A stretch of 64,000 nucleotides of DNA from Candidatus Levybacteria bacterium RIFCSPHIGHO2_01_FULL_37_17 (GTDB taxonomy: Bacteria; Patescibacteriota; Microgenomatia; Levybacterales; UBA12049): the NCBI GenBank assembly GCA_001782035.1, contig MFNL01000002.1:188865-252864 (forward strand), in the 5' to 3' direction. The notes beneath the pieces were generated by a model. That model was given only the letters and a program-made list of their open reading frames with translations. It ran no database searches and was not told where the DNA came from. Shown in pieces: positions 49,101 to 58,152 of this stretch (within the stretch, counting starts at the first letter, position 1; each line of letters opens with the position of its first letter). Both the position numbers and the translations under genes were made by a program.

Positions 49101-49395
49101 AGGCTCAATTGGTGTACCCTCTCCTTTTACTTCTAAAGCGACAAATCTGGAGGGCTGGTATACAACTCAAGGAAGGGTAATTTTGGAAAATACAAACTCC
49201 TGCCCCACTGCTTCTCCAAGACTAAATGTCGGTGGAGCAATAGTTGCCTGCGGCGGATTTACAAACGAGCGAAACCTTTGCGGAGGAAATGCCCAGTGCC
49301 CGTCTTTCTACATTAAAGAGCGAGTTGACTTTATACTTAACGCACCGGAATTTTTAATGCCCACACGCAGGGTCTACCAAGAAGTCGCCCCATAG
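46183..49395 (+). CDS. 1070-aa secreted Cys-rich adhesin-like protein (FN3, CARDB, Ig-like domains)
   Basis: Signal peptide; Cys-rich N-region; FN3 (W..V.GA..Y, YYYQARA); CARDB (DLVV..V.NQG..VD....I.ESNESNN); ends QEVAP. Confidence 0.8.
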   Translation: MMKNKIITFFLFLLTFLIYSFFVLSPKSTNAVLVEGGTSGGGTSGNTKICISNYNSGTSWEVKLIYTDVSTGDTYKPRLYSGYGYCDNDFQPGTLYDSNDRLQWLTACVDPISNIKANINVSCRSYDAYNTGECKNIVGDENSISCGQAYGACGGPYDYPVPGAGSAGSYSDWAEGYGQVAFGTCPIPNDHPGLKTSASYNNFRCAYQGNVSRPDKVGCRNSCHYQDCTSGGNWREDRNSPKCDSVPGCGAPPCTAPGTPSGFSESSSCNSNDQANLAIDWSNVTGANSYDIRWGPSSTNLNSGILDTGGTSAYTIPASQVNNNTTYYYQARATKTCGGGTNGSWSSVQSGTTRSCVTATNTPTPVPSTRDLVVSGFTFPGGNVGSSVNPTVRIRNQGNTDITGSFDVRVRSKQNGSGNNRTVTITADMAGGQERDISSNFTGMTLPVTAGNYTADATVDSGSDISESNESNNTATDAYSTTEALSSIYVNAYNDPTGNCSGTTRVAGARVSMDGGQSQSVAATNPGYTYSNVSAGTHTLNLTPPTNYNLASCSSNPKSRTVPPNATVNYYVQQDPPECTSLTTSRSSVNPGQNATLTVNGCPANVNYTWYTPGPGTFSGQSNNTIVWNSPNPYYTDTYAYPSVMVCFSGGGSCSAYALSNGSATSNPPLQGIHIVPLFSVTGNLFEDVANSQSKGAQSNFAGSFTITRNPAVGAVTTYQDARVPNYRIDNLTPGSYTVSLNPVPSGYSVTYPLNGPPPSFNITVGAGCSENSLDASCDVNGNINGLNFGVTNVSPWIQAEGSDIRAFSGSFINQIPPGAPSCGSFSNLDNATSGTPGLIFSSGSQDHQSGAVSSKNWKVTGSSYDCSGSKTTYSYIKNIVTNNGITPQSLPGCVSSGNDVNCNTASWGSLANGVYEVNVPNGTVNINGSGYTFPTGKDYVILVNGKIKINEEIHVPNTSTATFASTNDLTIAGSIGVPSPFTSKATNLEGWYTTQGRVILENTNSCPTASPRLNVGGAIVACGGFTNERNLCGGNAQCPSFYIKERVDFILNAPEFLMPTRRVYQEVAP

Positions 49396-49427
49396 GCAGT
49401 AGACAATATGCAGTAGATAGTAGACAG
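49393..49427 (+). repeat. Heptamer array, 5 units
   Basis: taggcag tagacaa tatgcag tagatag tagacag. Confidence 0.75.
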
Positions 49428-49453
49428 CTAATTTTGGTATAATATCTTCTACC

Positions 49454-50197
49454 ATGCAATTACAAAGAGTATCGGATTTTGCCATTGATAAGCTCAATTC
49501 TAAAAACCTACCGGAAGCCCTCCTTGTTATTCCTGACGGAAATGGAAGATGGGCAAAAGAAATGGGTAAAAGCGTTTTTGAAGGCCACAAAAAAGGCGCA
49601 AAATCCTTTGCAGGCGTTATAGAAAGCTTCTTAAAAACCAAAATAAAAGTTTTGGGAGCTTGGGGTTTTTCAGAAGACAACTGGAAGCGACCACAAGACG
49701 AAATAGACAAAATTATGCTTGTTATAGAAAATGTTATCTCCGAAAACCTGCCTAAAATGGTTGAGAACAACGTAAAATTTATAGTTTTAGGAAAACATAA
49801 GCGAATTCAAAAAGAATATCCTAAGCTTTATCAAACAATTGAGAATGCGGTTTCCAAAACTTCCCAAAATAGCGGAAAAATTATTGCCCTGTTTGTCGAT
49901 TATGGTGAAAAATTCCAGCTGGAAGAATTTGCAAAAGCAAGAGCAGAAAATCCTAATGCTCAAACCTATGAACTTTTGTCAAAAATAAATCAGGGTCTTC
50001 CTCTTTTTGACATGGTTTTAAGAACTTCTGGTGAGCTTAGGCTTTCTGGATTTGGTCCACTTGCCTCTTTGGCTGAATATGTTTCGGTAAAAAAGAATTT
50101 GCCCGAGTTAAATATCGTGGATTTTGCAAACGCGTTAGTTGAATATTCAAAGCGTGAAAGACGCTTAGGGGGCCGGCCCTCAAGCTACTCTTCTTAA
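49454..50197 (+). CDS. uppS: Undecaprenyl diphosphate synthase
   Basis: IPDGNGRWA, FSEDNWKRP, RTSGELRLSGF, RERRLGG. Confidence 0.93.
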   Translation: MQLQRVSDFAIDKLNSKNLPEALLVIPDGNGRWAKEMGKSVFEGHKKGAKSFAGVIESFLKTKIKVLGAWGFSEDNWKRPQDEIDKIMLVIENVISENLPKMVENNVKFIVLGKHKRIQKEYPKLYQTIENAVSKTSQNSGKIIALFVDYGEKFQLEEFAKARAENPNAQTYELLSKINQGLPLFDMVLRTSGELRLSGFGPLASLAEYVSVKKNLPELNIVDFANALVEYSKRERRLGGRPSSYSS

Positions 50198-50782
50198 CTG
50201 TGTTTTTACAGACATCTGGTTTCGGAAAGGAATAACTGCCGTCTCGTTACTAAAGCCTTCGTCAATTTTTACTACTGTCCAAACAGCTCCAAGAGGAAAT
50301 CTTGTCAAAAGCTGTTGATAATCAATATACTGCTCAATTCGAAGACCATGAGGCGGATTTCGGCTGCCCTTTAGAAGTTCGAAATGACTATCAACTTCAA
50401 CTTCCTCATCCGGGAAGAGCCCGCAAAATTCCATTAATTTTTCGGTGATTGGAGTGGGTTTTTTGTACAAAACCTGCTGGGTTCCTAAGCTTAGCTCACC
50501 TGCTCTTCCAATCCTGTTTGGGTCAAAAACGGTGTGTAATCGTGCAGCTAGTTCTTCATAGTCAAGCTCAAACATGGTTCCAAATGCATATCTTACGGCA
50601 GTTAGTGGGTTTCTTCCATCAACGAAATCGGTTTTGAAAATAATTAATTCGTTTTCATTCCCCCTTAAGAATTGTTCGTAATTTCTGGCTGTAATCTCTA
50701 CTGTATCGCTGAGTACTTTTTCTCTATGAATTGCATATTGAAGATTTTCCGAAAGATATAATTCGTTTTCCTGCATGCTCAT
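50180..50782 (-). CDS. Hypothetical protein
   Basis: 200-aa ORF. Confidence 0.55.
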   Translation of the reverse strand: MSMQENELYLSENLQYAIHREKVLSDTVEITARNYEQFLRGNENELIIFKTDFVDGRNPLTAVRYAFGTMFELDYEELAARLHTVFDPNRIGRAGELSLGTQQVLYKKPTPITEKLMEFCGLFPDEEVEVDSHFELLKGSRNPPHGLRIEQYIDYQQLLTRFPLGAVWTVVKIDEGFSNETAVIPFRNQMSVKTQLRRVA

Positions 50783-50783
50783 A

Positions 50784-51170
50784 TTATTTTCTGAAAAATT
50801 CTGGTTCTCCGAAGGAATCTGAAGAACAACCTGAAAAATCTACGACTGTTATTAAATGCGCTCTACCGCCTTTGCTTGATGGAATAACCTCTGTGATCTC
50901 TTCGATTCTAGATAGCTCACTTGCTATAACATGTCTATCGTACCCATTAGCTAACCCATCTAAGGCTCTGACGACGCTTTTATACACGTGTTCAATTCGT
51001 TTTGCCCTGACCTTTTTTTCTTCTCTACGCCTCTCTGCAATGCCCATTCCATGGGCTCTAACGTCCCCGTCTCTTTGATCTTTCATATTGCGTTGGTTGA
51101 GCGAATGATTTCGTAGGGGGCTTTTGCTGTGCTGCACCTCTTTTATTTCTAATTCTAATTTGCTTGTCAT
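50784..51170 (-). CDS. Hypothetical protein
   Basis: ORF; start uncertain. Confidence 0.45.
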   Translation of the reverse strand: MTSKLELEIKEVQHSKSPLRNHSLNQRNMKDQRDGDVRAHGMGIAERRREEKKVRAKRIEHVYKSVVRALDGLANGYDRHVIASELSRIEEITEVIPSSKGGRAHLITVVDFSGCSSDSFGEPEFFRK

Positions 51171-51178
51171 AATATATT

Positions 51179-52501
51179 TTAAGGTAGGGGGAATTTTGAA
51201 GTCAAGGATTTAACCTCCATTGATATCTGCAAAAGCTTCCTGTTTTTTACAACCTCCTTTTTGAAGTTTTTCCAGTATATTTTTCTTTCTTCTTTTGAAA
51301 CCGGCAAATGAACATTTTGAACCTCTGAAACTGCCTCATTTATCCACTGTGCGATTTTTATCATTTCTTTTTCCTTCATGCCTCTTGTAGTAATTGCTGG
51401 GGTTCCAAGTCTTATTCCGGATGGATAAAAAGGCGGCAGGCTGTCTTCTGGAACAGCATTTTTATTAACAACAATTCCAGCAACTTCTAAAGCCAACGCA
51501 GCTACTGCTCCGTTTACATTTTTATTTGCAAGATCTATAAGAATTAAATGATTATCCGTTCCTCCGGAAACCAAGTTGAATTCATATTTAATAAGTTCTT
51601 GAGCTAACTTCTTGGCATTAGCCACTATTTGCTTGCCATACGCCTTAAATGAGCCTTTAGAAGCTTCTAGCAAGGCCACAGCAATGGCTGCTGTCTGATT
51701 ATCATGCGGTCCTCCCTGAAGGCCCGGGAATACTGCTTTATCTATTTTTTCCGGCAAATCGGGATCTTTCTTAAGACCTTTTTCGGTAACCATTAGAATT
51801 GCGCCTCTTGGACCTCGAAGGGTTTTATGCGTTGTCGTCATGATTATATCCGCGTAAGGCACAGGCGAAGGATGAGCCCCCGCTGCAACTAATCCCGCAA
51901 TGTGAGAAATATCTGCAAGCAAATAAGCGCCAACCTTGTCTGCAATTTGCCCAAACCTTTTAAAATCTATAGTTCTAGGATATGCAGTAAAGCCGCATAT
52001 TATAAGTTTGGGCTTTTCTTTGAGCGCCAATTCCTCAATAGCGTCATAATCCAACAATTCATCTTTCCCTAATTCATAAGAAACAGTTTTAAAATAAATT
52101 CCTGAAAAAGAAACATGACTTCCATGTGTTAAATGCCCGCCATATGCTAAAGATAATCCCATTATTTTATCTTTTAAAGGCTCTAAAAGCGCCATTAAAA
52201 CTGCAGAGTTTGCAGGTGATCCGCTATATGGTTGCACATTTGCAAATGGAACTCCGAACAACTTCTTTGCTCGTTCTTCTGCAATTATCTCTATTTCGTC
52301 TACTACTTTATTTCCCTGATAATATCGTTTTTTAGGGTACCCTTCCGAGTATTTGTTTGTTAGCGCTGTAGATAAAGCTTCCATAACGGCTTTGCTCGTG
52401 TAGTTTTCGGAAGGAATCATTTCCAAAACTTCTCTCTGTCTTTTCTCCTCTTTTCTAATTAATTGGTAAATTGCCGGATCAGTTTTTTTTATATTTTTCA
52501 T
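51179..52501 (-). CDS. glyA: Serine hydroxymethyltransferase
   Basis: SENY, KYSEGYP, GGHLTHG, TTTHKTLRGPRG. Confidence 0.97.
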   Translation of the reverse strand: MKNIKKTDPAIYQLIRKEEKRQREVLEMIPSENYTSKAVMEALSTALTNKYSEGYPKKRYYQGNKVVDEIEIIAEERAKKLFGVPFANVQPYSGSPANSAVLMALLEPLKDKIMGLSLAYGGHLTHGSHVSFSGIYFKTVSYELGKDELLDYDAIEELALKEKPKLIICGFTAYPRTIDFKRFGQIADKVGAYLLADISHIAGLVAAGAHPSPVPYADIIMTTTHKTLRGPRGAILMVTEKGLKKDPDLPEKIDKAVFPGLQGGPHDNQTAAIAVALLEASKGSFKAYGKQIVANAKKLAQELIKYEFNLVSGGTDNHLILIDLANKNVNGAVAALALEVAGIVVNKNAVPEDSLPPFYPSGIRLGTPAITTRGMKEKEMIKIAQWINEAVSEVQNVHLPVSKEERKIYWKNFKKEVVKNRKLLQISMEVKSLTSKFPLP

Positions 52502-52521
52502 TGTTGTTGATTTTATACTAG

Positions 52522-53025
52522 CTATATCTTCTTTTCAAGGTTTATAAACTTATATTTATAGATACCGGCTTCCCTATTTTCTTCCGAAATAACTTTATAA
52601 TTGCTGTAATCCGGGAAAAAAGTATCTGCTTCGTAATCTCCTTCAACAAGTGTTAAATATAATTTATCTACCATTTTTTTTTCTAATGCTTCTTTAAAAA
52701 TCTGTCCTCCCCCGATTATAAAGATTTCTTCTGAATTTGAGGCTGATTTGGCCTTTTCTAAGGCTTCTTCAAGCGAGTTCGATATAACAAAATTTTCAGA
52801 GTTTCTTAGTCCATTTATAGTAAAGTCTTTGTCCCTTGTTATAACAATGTTATAACGGTTTGGCAAAATTCTTCCTATAGACTGGAAGGTTTTTCTTCCC
52901 ATAATAATCGGGTGTGGGGTTGTTATTTCTTTGAATCGAGCAAGTTCTCCCGGTATTTTCCAGGCCATCTGGTTGTTTTTTCCTAGTCCCCTCTTTTGAT
53001 CAATCGCTGCAATTATACTTATCAT
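52522..53025 (-). CDS. folA: Dihydrofolate reductase
   Basis: IMGRKTF.SIG..LPNR, IIGGGQI, DTFFP. Confidence 0.95.
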   Translation of the reverse strand: MISIIAAIDQKRGLGKNNQMAWKIPGELARFKEITTPHPIIMGRKTFQSIGRILPNRYNIVITRDKDFTINGLRNSENFVISNSLEEALEKAKSASNSEEIFIIGGGQIFKEALEKKMVDKLYLTLVEGDYEADTFFPDYSNYKVISEENREAGIYKYKFINLEKKI

Positions 53026-53945
53026 ACCGCTACTGGTGCTTTAATTGGTGGATGTGGGTTGTATCCCACAAGTTCAAAATCTTCGAATTTAAACTTATCT
53101 ATACTTTTTACTTTTGAATTTAGCTTCATCTTAGGCAAACTTCTTGGTTTTCGACTTAATTGCTCTTTTACCTGTTTAATGTGATTAGAATAAATATGCA
53201 CATCCCCAAATGTATGAACAAACTCACCCGGTTTTAAACCAACTACTTTCGCAACCATCATCGTAAGGAGTGCGTAGGATGCAATATTAAATGGAACTCC
53301 TAAAAACATATCTGCGCTACGTTGATAAAGCTGGCAGGAAAGCTTTCCATCATTTACGTAAAACTGGAATAATGTATGGCACGGAGGAAGTCCACCCGCT
53401 TTTGCGATTGTCCCTATCTCTGCAGGGTTCCATGCCGATACAATCAAACGCCTGGACTCGCTATGATTAGGTTCAGTTTTCGAGAGCTTGATATTCTCTA
53501 TGACATCCTTTATCTGATCCACTTCTCCTTTTTTTTCTTTTTTCCAGTGTCTCCATTGAACTCCGTAAATTGGCCCAAGATCTGCCCATTTTTTGGCAAA
53601 TTTAGCATCGTTTTTAATTTTTTCCACAAATTGCTCTTGTGATAATTTTGAATTTTTGTTGTGTTTGAGAAAATTTTTGTAAGGCCAATCATCCCAAATA
53701 TGTACCCCACAATCAACTAAATATTTTATGTTTGACTCCCCCCTTAAAAACCACAAAAGCTCATAAATTATTCCTTTTAGAAAAACTTTTTTGGTTGTTA
53801 AAAGAGGAAAACTTTTCGATAAATCATATCTAAGCTGTCTTCCAAACACCGATTTCGTGCCTGTTTTGGTTCTATCATCTTTGTATCTCCCGTTTTTAAG
53901 AATATCCCTAAGCAAGTCTAAGTATTGTTGTTCTGCGTTTTTCAT
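53022..53945 (-). CDS. thyA: Thymidylate synthase
   Basis: DRT..GT, LPPCH, QRSAD..LGVPFN, HIYSNH. Confidence 0.97.
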   Translation of the reverse strand: MKNAEQQYLDLLRDILKNGRYKDDRTKTGTKSVFGRQLRYDLSKSFPLLTTKKVFLKGIIYELLWFLRGESNIKYLVDCGVHIWDDWPYKNFLKHNKNSKLSQEQFVEKIKNDAKFAKKWADLGPIYGVQWRHWKKEKKGEVDQIKDVIENIKLSKTEPNHSESRRLIVSAWNPAEIGTIAKAGGLPPCHTLFQFYVNDGKLSCQLYQRSADMFLGVPFNIASYALLTMMVAKVVGLKPGEFVHTFGDVHIYSNHIKQVKEQLSRKPRSLPKMKLNSKVKSIDKFKFEDFELVGYNPHPPIKAPVAV

Positions 53946-54349
53946 AGAGCTTTTTCTATTGCGGTTTTTACCCCTTCATTTCTAAATTGCGGGCTGCCTA
54001 AATCTTCTTTGCCAATCCATTCGAAGCTCGTGTGCTCGTCACTTAGCTGAATATCTGAAATCTTAGCGTGCACCCTGTAAAAAATAAGCATTAACTTAGT
54101 TCCATCTTTGTCATAATCTGGTCTTTCTGCGGCATGTAATATACCAGAGACTGTAAAATGCTCAACTCCTAATTCTTCTCTTAATTCGCGGCTTAAGGCT
54201 TGATGAATTGTTTCTCCTTCGTCAATTTTTCCTCCCGGAACATCGATGCCTTCGTATCTTGTGGTATCCTTTAAAACAAGAGCTTTATCTTCTTGCTCAT
54301 TTAGTATTACCGCCTTTATTCCTATATGAAAAGGTTGTAGTTCTTTCAT
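53942..54349 (-). CDS. NUDIX hydrolase
   Basis: PGG.IDEGE.....L.RELREELG. Confidence 0.92.
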   Translation of the reverse strand: MKELQPFHIGIKAVILNEQEDKALVLKDTTRYEGIDVPGGKIDEGETIHQALSRELREELGVEHFTVSGILHAAERPDYDKDGTKLMLIFYRVHAKISDIQLSDEHTSFEWIGKEDLGSPQFRNEGVKTAIEKAL

Positions 54350-54771
54350 CCCGTGGTTCCAAAACCTCCCCTACTCTTATTTTTCATTTTTTTAACTTCC
54401 TTAAATTTAGCAATTCCTACTTTTATGAGTAAGCCCTGGCAAATCCGCTCGCCTTTCTCAACGACTACCTTTTTCTTCGTAAAGTTGTAGACCCAAAGCC
54501 GCAATTCATCTTCTTCTCCATGATAGTCCTGATCAATTGTTCCCGGACTGTTTGGAATCATTATTCCTTTTTTGGGTGTTGATGATCTTGGAACAAGCGA
54601 AAGTAAATATCCTTTTGGTACCTCCATTATTATGTTGAGAGGAACAAGTGCGGTTTGATTTGGTGCAACTTTTATCTCTTCCCGTGCATAAAAGTCAAAC
54701 CCAACTGAGCCTTTTGTATGATAAACAGGCAAAGGCAGGCTTTTGTCTATTCTTTTTATATTTACTGTCAT
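54346..54771 (-). CDS. dut: dUTP diphosphatase
   Basis: [24 protein letters not shown]. Confidence 0.95.
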   Translation of the reverse strand: MTVNIKRIDKSLPLPVYHTKGSVGFDFYAREEIKVAPNQTALVPLNIIMEVPKGYLLSLVPRSSTPKKGIMIPNSPGTIDQDYHGEEDELRLWVYNFTKKKVVVEKGERICQGLLIKVGIAKFKEVKKMKNKSRGGFGTTG

Positions 54772-55445
54772 ATTAAATGCCTAGAAGACAATTCTAAAAC
54801 TATTTTTTTATGGATTTCGTTTTTGGGAAGTATTTTCCCTTGTTCGTTAGTACAATCTATTTTTATCCAATGGTCAAACCTATCTGCCAAATAAAGATAA
54901 GCCTCTTCTGCTCCAGTAAGGTATTGCTTGTCGCTTTCTGCTATGTCCACTCCTCTTCTTGTTCTTTTCCGCAACAGTTTACTCGCCTGCTTTCGTGGAA
55001 CATATAAAAACACAACGGCATCTTCCCTAGGAAGTCCGTTTACGTAATATTCAAGCTCTATATTCCAGTCTATAAAAGACCTTCTTTTCTCTTTAGGAAG
55101 TCTTCCCGATTGATGAGCAAGGTTTGAAGTAACGTATCTGTTTGAAAGTACAATTTTTCCTGCATCTAGAGCAGCTTTAATATAAGAAGCTGCTCCTAAT
55201 CTGTCTAGAGCATATGGAAAAGTAACTAAATAAGGATTAATATTATCTAAATTTCCGAATTCTCCATTTAAAAGTCTCCCTAAAAATTCTCCATGAAAAG
55301 TTTGATATTGGGGAAAGTCAAAGGTTTGAAAAGGAATTTGTTTTTTTGTGAGGTAGTTTTTAAGAAGTTCAAGCTGTGTGGTTTTTCCAGATCCATCATT
55401 TCCCTCTATTACAATAAACTTTCCTTTTTCAGCTCTTCCTGCCAT
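54768..55445 (-). CDS. tmk: Thymidylate kinase
   Basis: IEGNDGSGKTTQ, FPQY, NRYV.SN.AHQ. Confidence 0.92.
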   Translation of the reverse strand: MAGRAEKGKFIVIEGNDGSGKTTQLELLKNYLTKKQIPFQTFDFPQYQTFHGEFLGRLLNGEFGNLDNINPYLVTFPYALDRLGAASYIKAALDAGKIVLSNRYVTSNLAHQSGRLPKEKRRSFIDWNIELEYYVNGLPREDAVVFLYVPRKQASKLLRKRTRRGVDIAESDKQYLTGAEEAYLYLADRFDHWIKIDCTNEQGKILPKNEIHKKIVLELSSRHLI

Positions 55446-55551
55446 ACCTTTTGCAATATAGCATAAAAAATTATTGTTTCAAACTGCCAAACTTCGCATA
55501 AGGCTTCTTCTGGCAAGCCAAAATCGGCTTTTTGTGGTAAAATGGCTGATT

Positions 55552-56457
55552 ATGGAAAGAGAAAGTAGCCAAAGAATGAATCATCCTGAGTGGCTCTTCA
55601 CCCACGCTCCCGCAAGAATTAGAGGCATAGTTGTAAGAAAAGGGATTAAAAATATTCTTAGAACTACGGGAATTGAAGCACCAATTCCTCTTAATGCTTT
55701 TTGGAGAGATATTGTGAACCTTTACCAACAGGACTGCGCTATTAACATCGTCACAAACCATACAAGCCATGCCGATGCATACGTTGCTGCAAAAGTGGGC
55801 GCAGATATTGCACTTGTCATAAATCAATACGTTTCGGATAAGGATAGGATAAATGGTTTTGTTATGCCTTTTGCTAAGTCTATACAAACCCAAACTCAAG
55901 GACAGCTTCTTAATGCTATGTTTAATGACTCGTTGCCAGTTTTCGAAAAATTAGGAATTACTCCCGTTTATACTGCTACAGAAAATGATATTGCACAAGG
56001 AAGAGTTTCGGAAGCAAACCGCGTAAATTATACACGCCAGATGATACAAGGCGTTAAAGAAGGAAAAGGAATAATTATTCTTCCTGAAGGCAGAGTTGAA
56101 GGGGGAAGAAGAGATTCAAATGGGAAAATAAAGGGCATGCAGGAATTTAGAGCATATGCCCTTTCGCAGTCGTTAAGAATAGCAACATCAGAAAAGCATA
56201 AAGTTGCGGTTATTCCGGCAGGAATCTCCGGTGGGTACAACGTTTATGACCCACAAACCAAGAGCTTCACAAAAGATACATGGGCCGTAGGCATAGGATG
56301 GAGTACTAAAAATTTATTCCATGTAAGAGTTGGAATGCCGATTGTTTTTGAAAGAAAAGAAATTAGAAATATGGATCCGAAGGAATTGGATAGAATAATC
56401 GGGGGACGAATTGCTGCGCTTTTACCTACTGCTGAAAAAGGTACTGTTTACACTTAA
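55552..56457 (+). CDS. PlsC-like acyltransferase
   Basis: NHTSHAD (HX4D), LPEG, VIPAGI; ATG 55552 after TGgTAAAAT. Confidence 0.75.
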   Translation: MERESSQRMNHPEWLFTHAPARIRGIVVRKGIKNILRTTGIEAPIPLNAFWRDIVNLYQQDCAINIVTNHTSHADAYVAAKVGADIALVINQYVSDKDRINGFVMPFAKSIQTQTQGQLLNAMFNDSLPVFEKLGITPVYTATENDIAQGRVSEANRVNYTRQMIQGVKEGKGIIILPEGRVEGGRRDSNGKIKGMQEFRAYALSQSLRIATSEKHKVAVIPAGISGGYNVYDPQTKSFTKDTWAVGIGWSTKNLFHVRVGMPIVFERKEIRNMDPKELDRIIGGRIAALLPTAEKGTVYT

Positions 56458-56458
56458 A

Positions 56459-57004
56459 TTATAGAGGTTTTTTTTGGAATTTGTACTTTGCTTCTTTTCT
56501 TTTTGTATATGGAACCCCGGCAGCGCTTGACAATTGTTCAAAGGTCATTGCACAAATCCTCTGCCCTACGGTTAAGGCAACCGCCATTCTGCCCAAATTT
56601 CCTAGCTCCAAAACCGGCTTTCCATCCCAACCTGGATCAAATACAGAAGCGGTTGAGTGAACTACAATTCCTAAACGTCCTAAAGATGATTTACCCTCTA
56701 GCCTTCCCATTAAATTTGGTGCAATCTTGACTCTTTCCTCTGTTACAGCTAGTACAAAATCGCCAGGTTGCATAACAAATTTTTCTCCATTTTTTAATTT
56801 TATTTCTTTGGTTATTTCTTTGATCGAATTTTTATTGGTTGCATCAATAAATGGACTTTTGCTATGTTCCAGTATCCGAAAATTTCCGCCAAGATGTAAA
56901 TCTATAGAGCAGCTTCCTAACTGTTCTTTGAGATTTGGAATAGGAACTATTTTAATTTTTCCGCTTTTTAAAGCTAATTTAATGTCTTTATCCGATAAAA
57001 CCAT
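56459..57004 (-). CDS. dcd: dCTP deaminase
   Basis: LSDKDI, SIDL.L, EGKSSLGRLG..VHSTA..DPGW. Confidence 0.95.
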   Translation of the reverse strand: MVLSDKDIKLALKSGKIKIVPIPNLKEQLGSCSIDLHLGGNFRILEHSKSPFIDATNKNSIKEITKEIKLKNGEKFVMQPGDFVLAVTEERVKIAPNLMGRLEGKSSLGRLGIVVHSTASVFDPGWDGKPVLELGNLGRMAVALTVGQRICAMTFEQLSSAAGVPYTKRKEAKYKFQKKPL

Positions 57005-57060
57005 TGGTGATTAATTTAACAGAGCGGTTTAATTTTGTAAAGAGATACCATGCGAATAAT

Positions 57061-58152
57061 TTAAAGAATTAGAAGAAGTAATCCTCCGATTATGATTAGT
57101 GCTCCGGCAACAATTGCTCCTATTGTTGCAGCGTTTCCGCCTGTTGGAGGAAGAGTTGGGATAGGCGTTGATGTTGCTACAAATTCAACCGGCGTTGGTG
57201 TTGGAGTATTCGTTGGGGTTACATCGGGTGGAAGAGTTGGTGTTGGAGTAGAAGTTATAACGGTTGTTGGAGTTGGCGTTGTGGTTACAGTTGGAGTAGG
57301 AGTGGGTGAGCTAGTAGGAGTCGGCGTTGGCGATTTTGTAGGGCTTGGTGATAATGTGGGCGTTGAAGATGGAATGGAACAATTTACCGTATCTGAATCT
57401 TTATCCCCCACTCCGCAGACATTTTCTGCAAAAACTTCGCAGGTATAATTTTTACCGGCCTTTGATTCAAATGTTATTTTAGTTGTAGTTACATCGTTTC
57501 TATCAAATATTGGGGTGGTATTTCCTTCTTCTGTTATTTTTACGTGGTATTTTGTTGCCCCAGTAACAGAATCCCAGCTGCACTCTGCTTGCCCTACTCC
57601 AGGACAGGAAATTTGCCCTATCGTAACTTGTCCGTTTCCCGCCGTGAATCCGGACACTACAATGCCGTCTGCGTCCTTAACTTCTATTGACTCAATAACA
57701 ACTGTCGCGCTTGTTCCAGCAGTTCCTGTTGCCCTAAAAGCAAGTTTTCCGATTGTTTTTTGAGCGTTGAAGATGCTTCCTGCGTTATCTGTTCCAAATT
57801 CCATGAATACTTTTCCACCGGATACGTCTAAAGTTTTAGTGTCGAAGAGAAAACTGCTGTCTTTTTGAAAATCCGAAACAGTAGCGGCAAGCTTTGATTC
57901 GTCATAATCAATAACCAATTTTATATTTTTAACGTTTGTGCCTTGAGGATTAATTAGTATACTAAACTCGGCCTTAGAATCCGGCTCAACTGAAACAGTG
58001 TTTGGGTCAAGATAAACTTTTTTAACATCCTCTGCCTGCTGCTCAATTGTTTGCCGCTCTCTAACCAAATAAATAGTAACCGGAAGCGCGATAAGAAAAA
58101 GTGCGATAATTCCAAATATTAGAATTCTTTTTTTAAACTGTTCTATTTTCAT
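57061..58152 (-). CDS. Cohesin+FN3 surface protein with PT linker and LPPTG-TM C-terminus
   Basis: N-terminal TM, cohesin-like, FN3-like, (TP)n, LPPTG + hydrophobic tail. Confidence 0.8.
   Translation of the reverse strand: MKIEQFKKRILIFGIIALFLIALPVTIYLVRERQTIEQQAEDVKKVYLDPNTVSVEPDSKAEFSILINPQGTNVKNIKLVIDYDESKLAATVSDFQKDSSFLFDTKTLDVSGGKVFMEFGTDNAGSIFNAQKTIGKLAFRATGTAGTSATVVIESIEVKDADGIVVSGFTAGNGQVTIGQISCPGVGQAECSWDSVTGATKYHVKITEEGNTTPIFDRNDVTTTKITFESKAGKNYTCEVFAENVCGVGDKDSDTVNCSIPSSTPTLSPSPTKSPTPTPTSSPTPTPTVTTTPTPTTVITSTPTPTLPPDVTPTNTPTPTPVEFVATSTPIPTLPPTGGNAATIGAIVAGALIIIGGLLLLIL

Noticed and set aside
51179-57004. Prophage nucleotide-metabolism module
   Set aside because: No phage structural, integrase or replication genes; the enzymes look cellular
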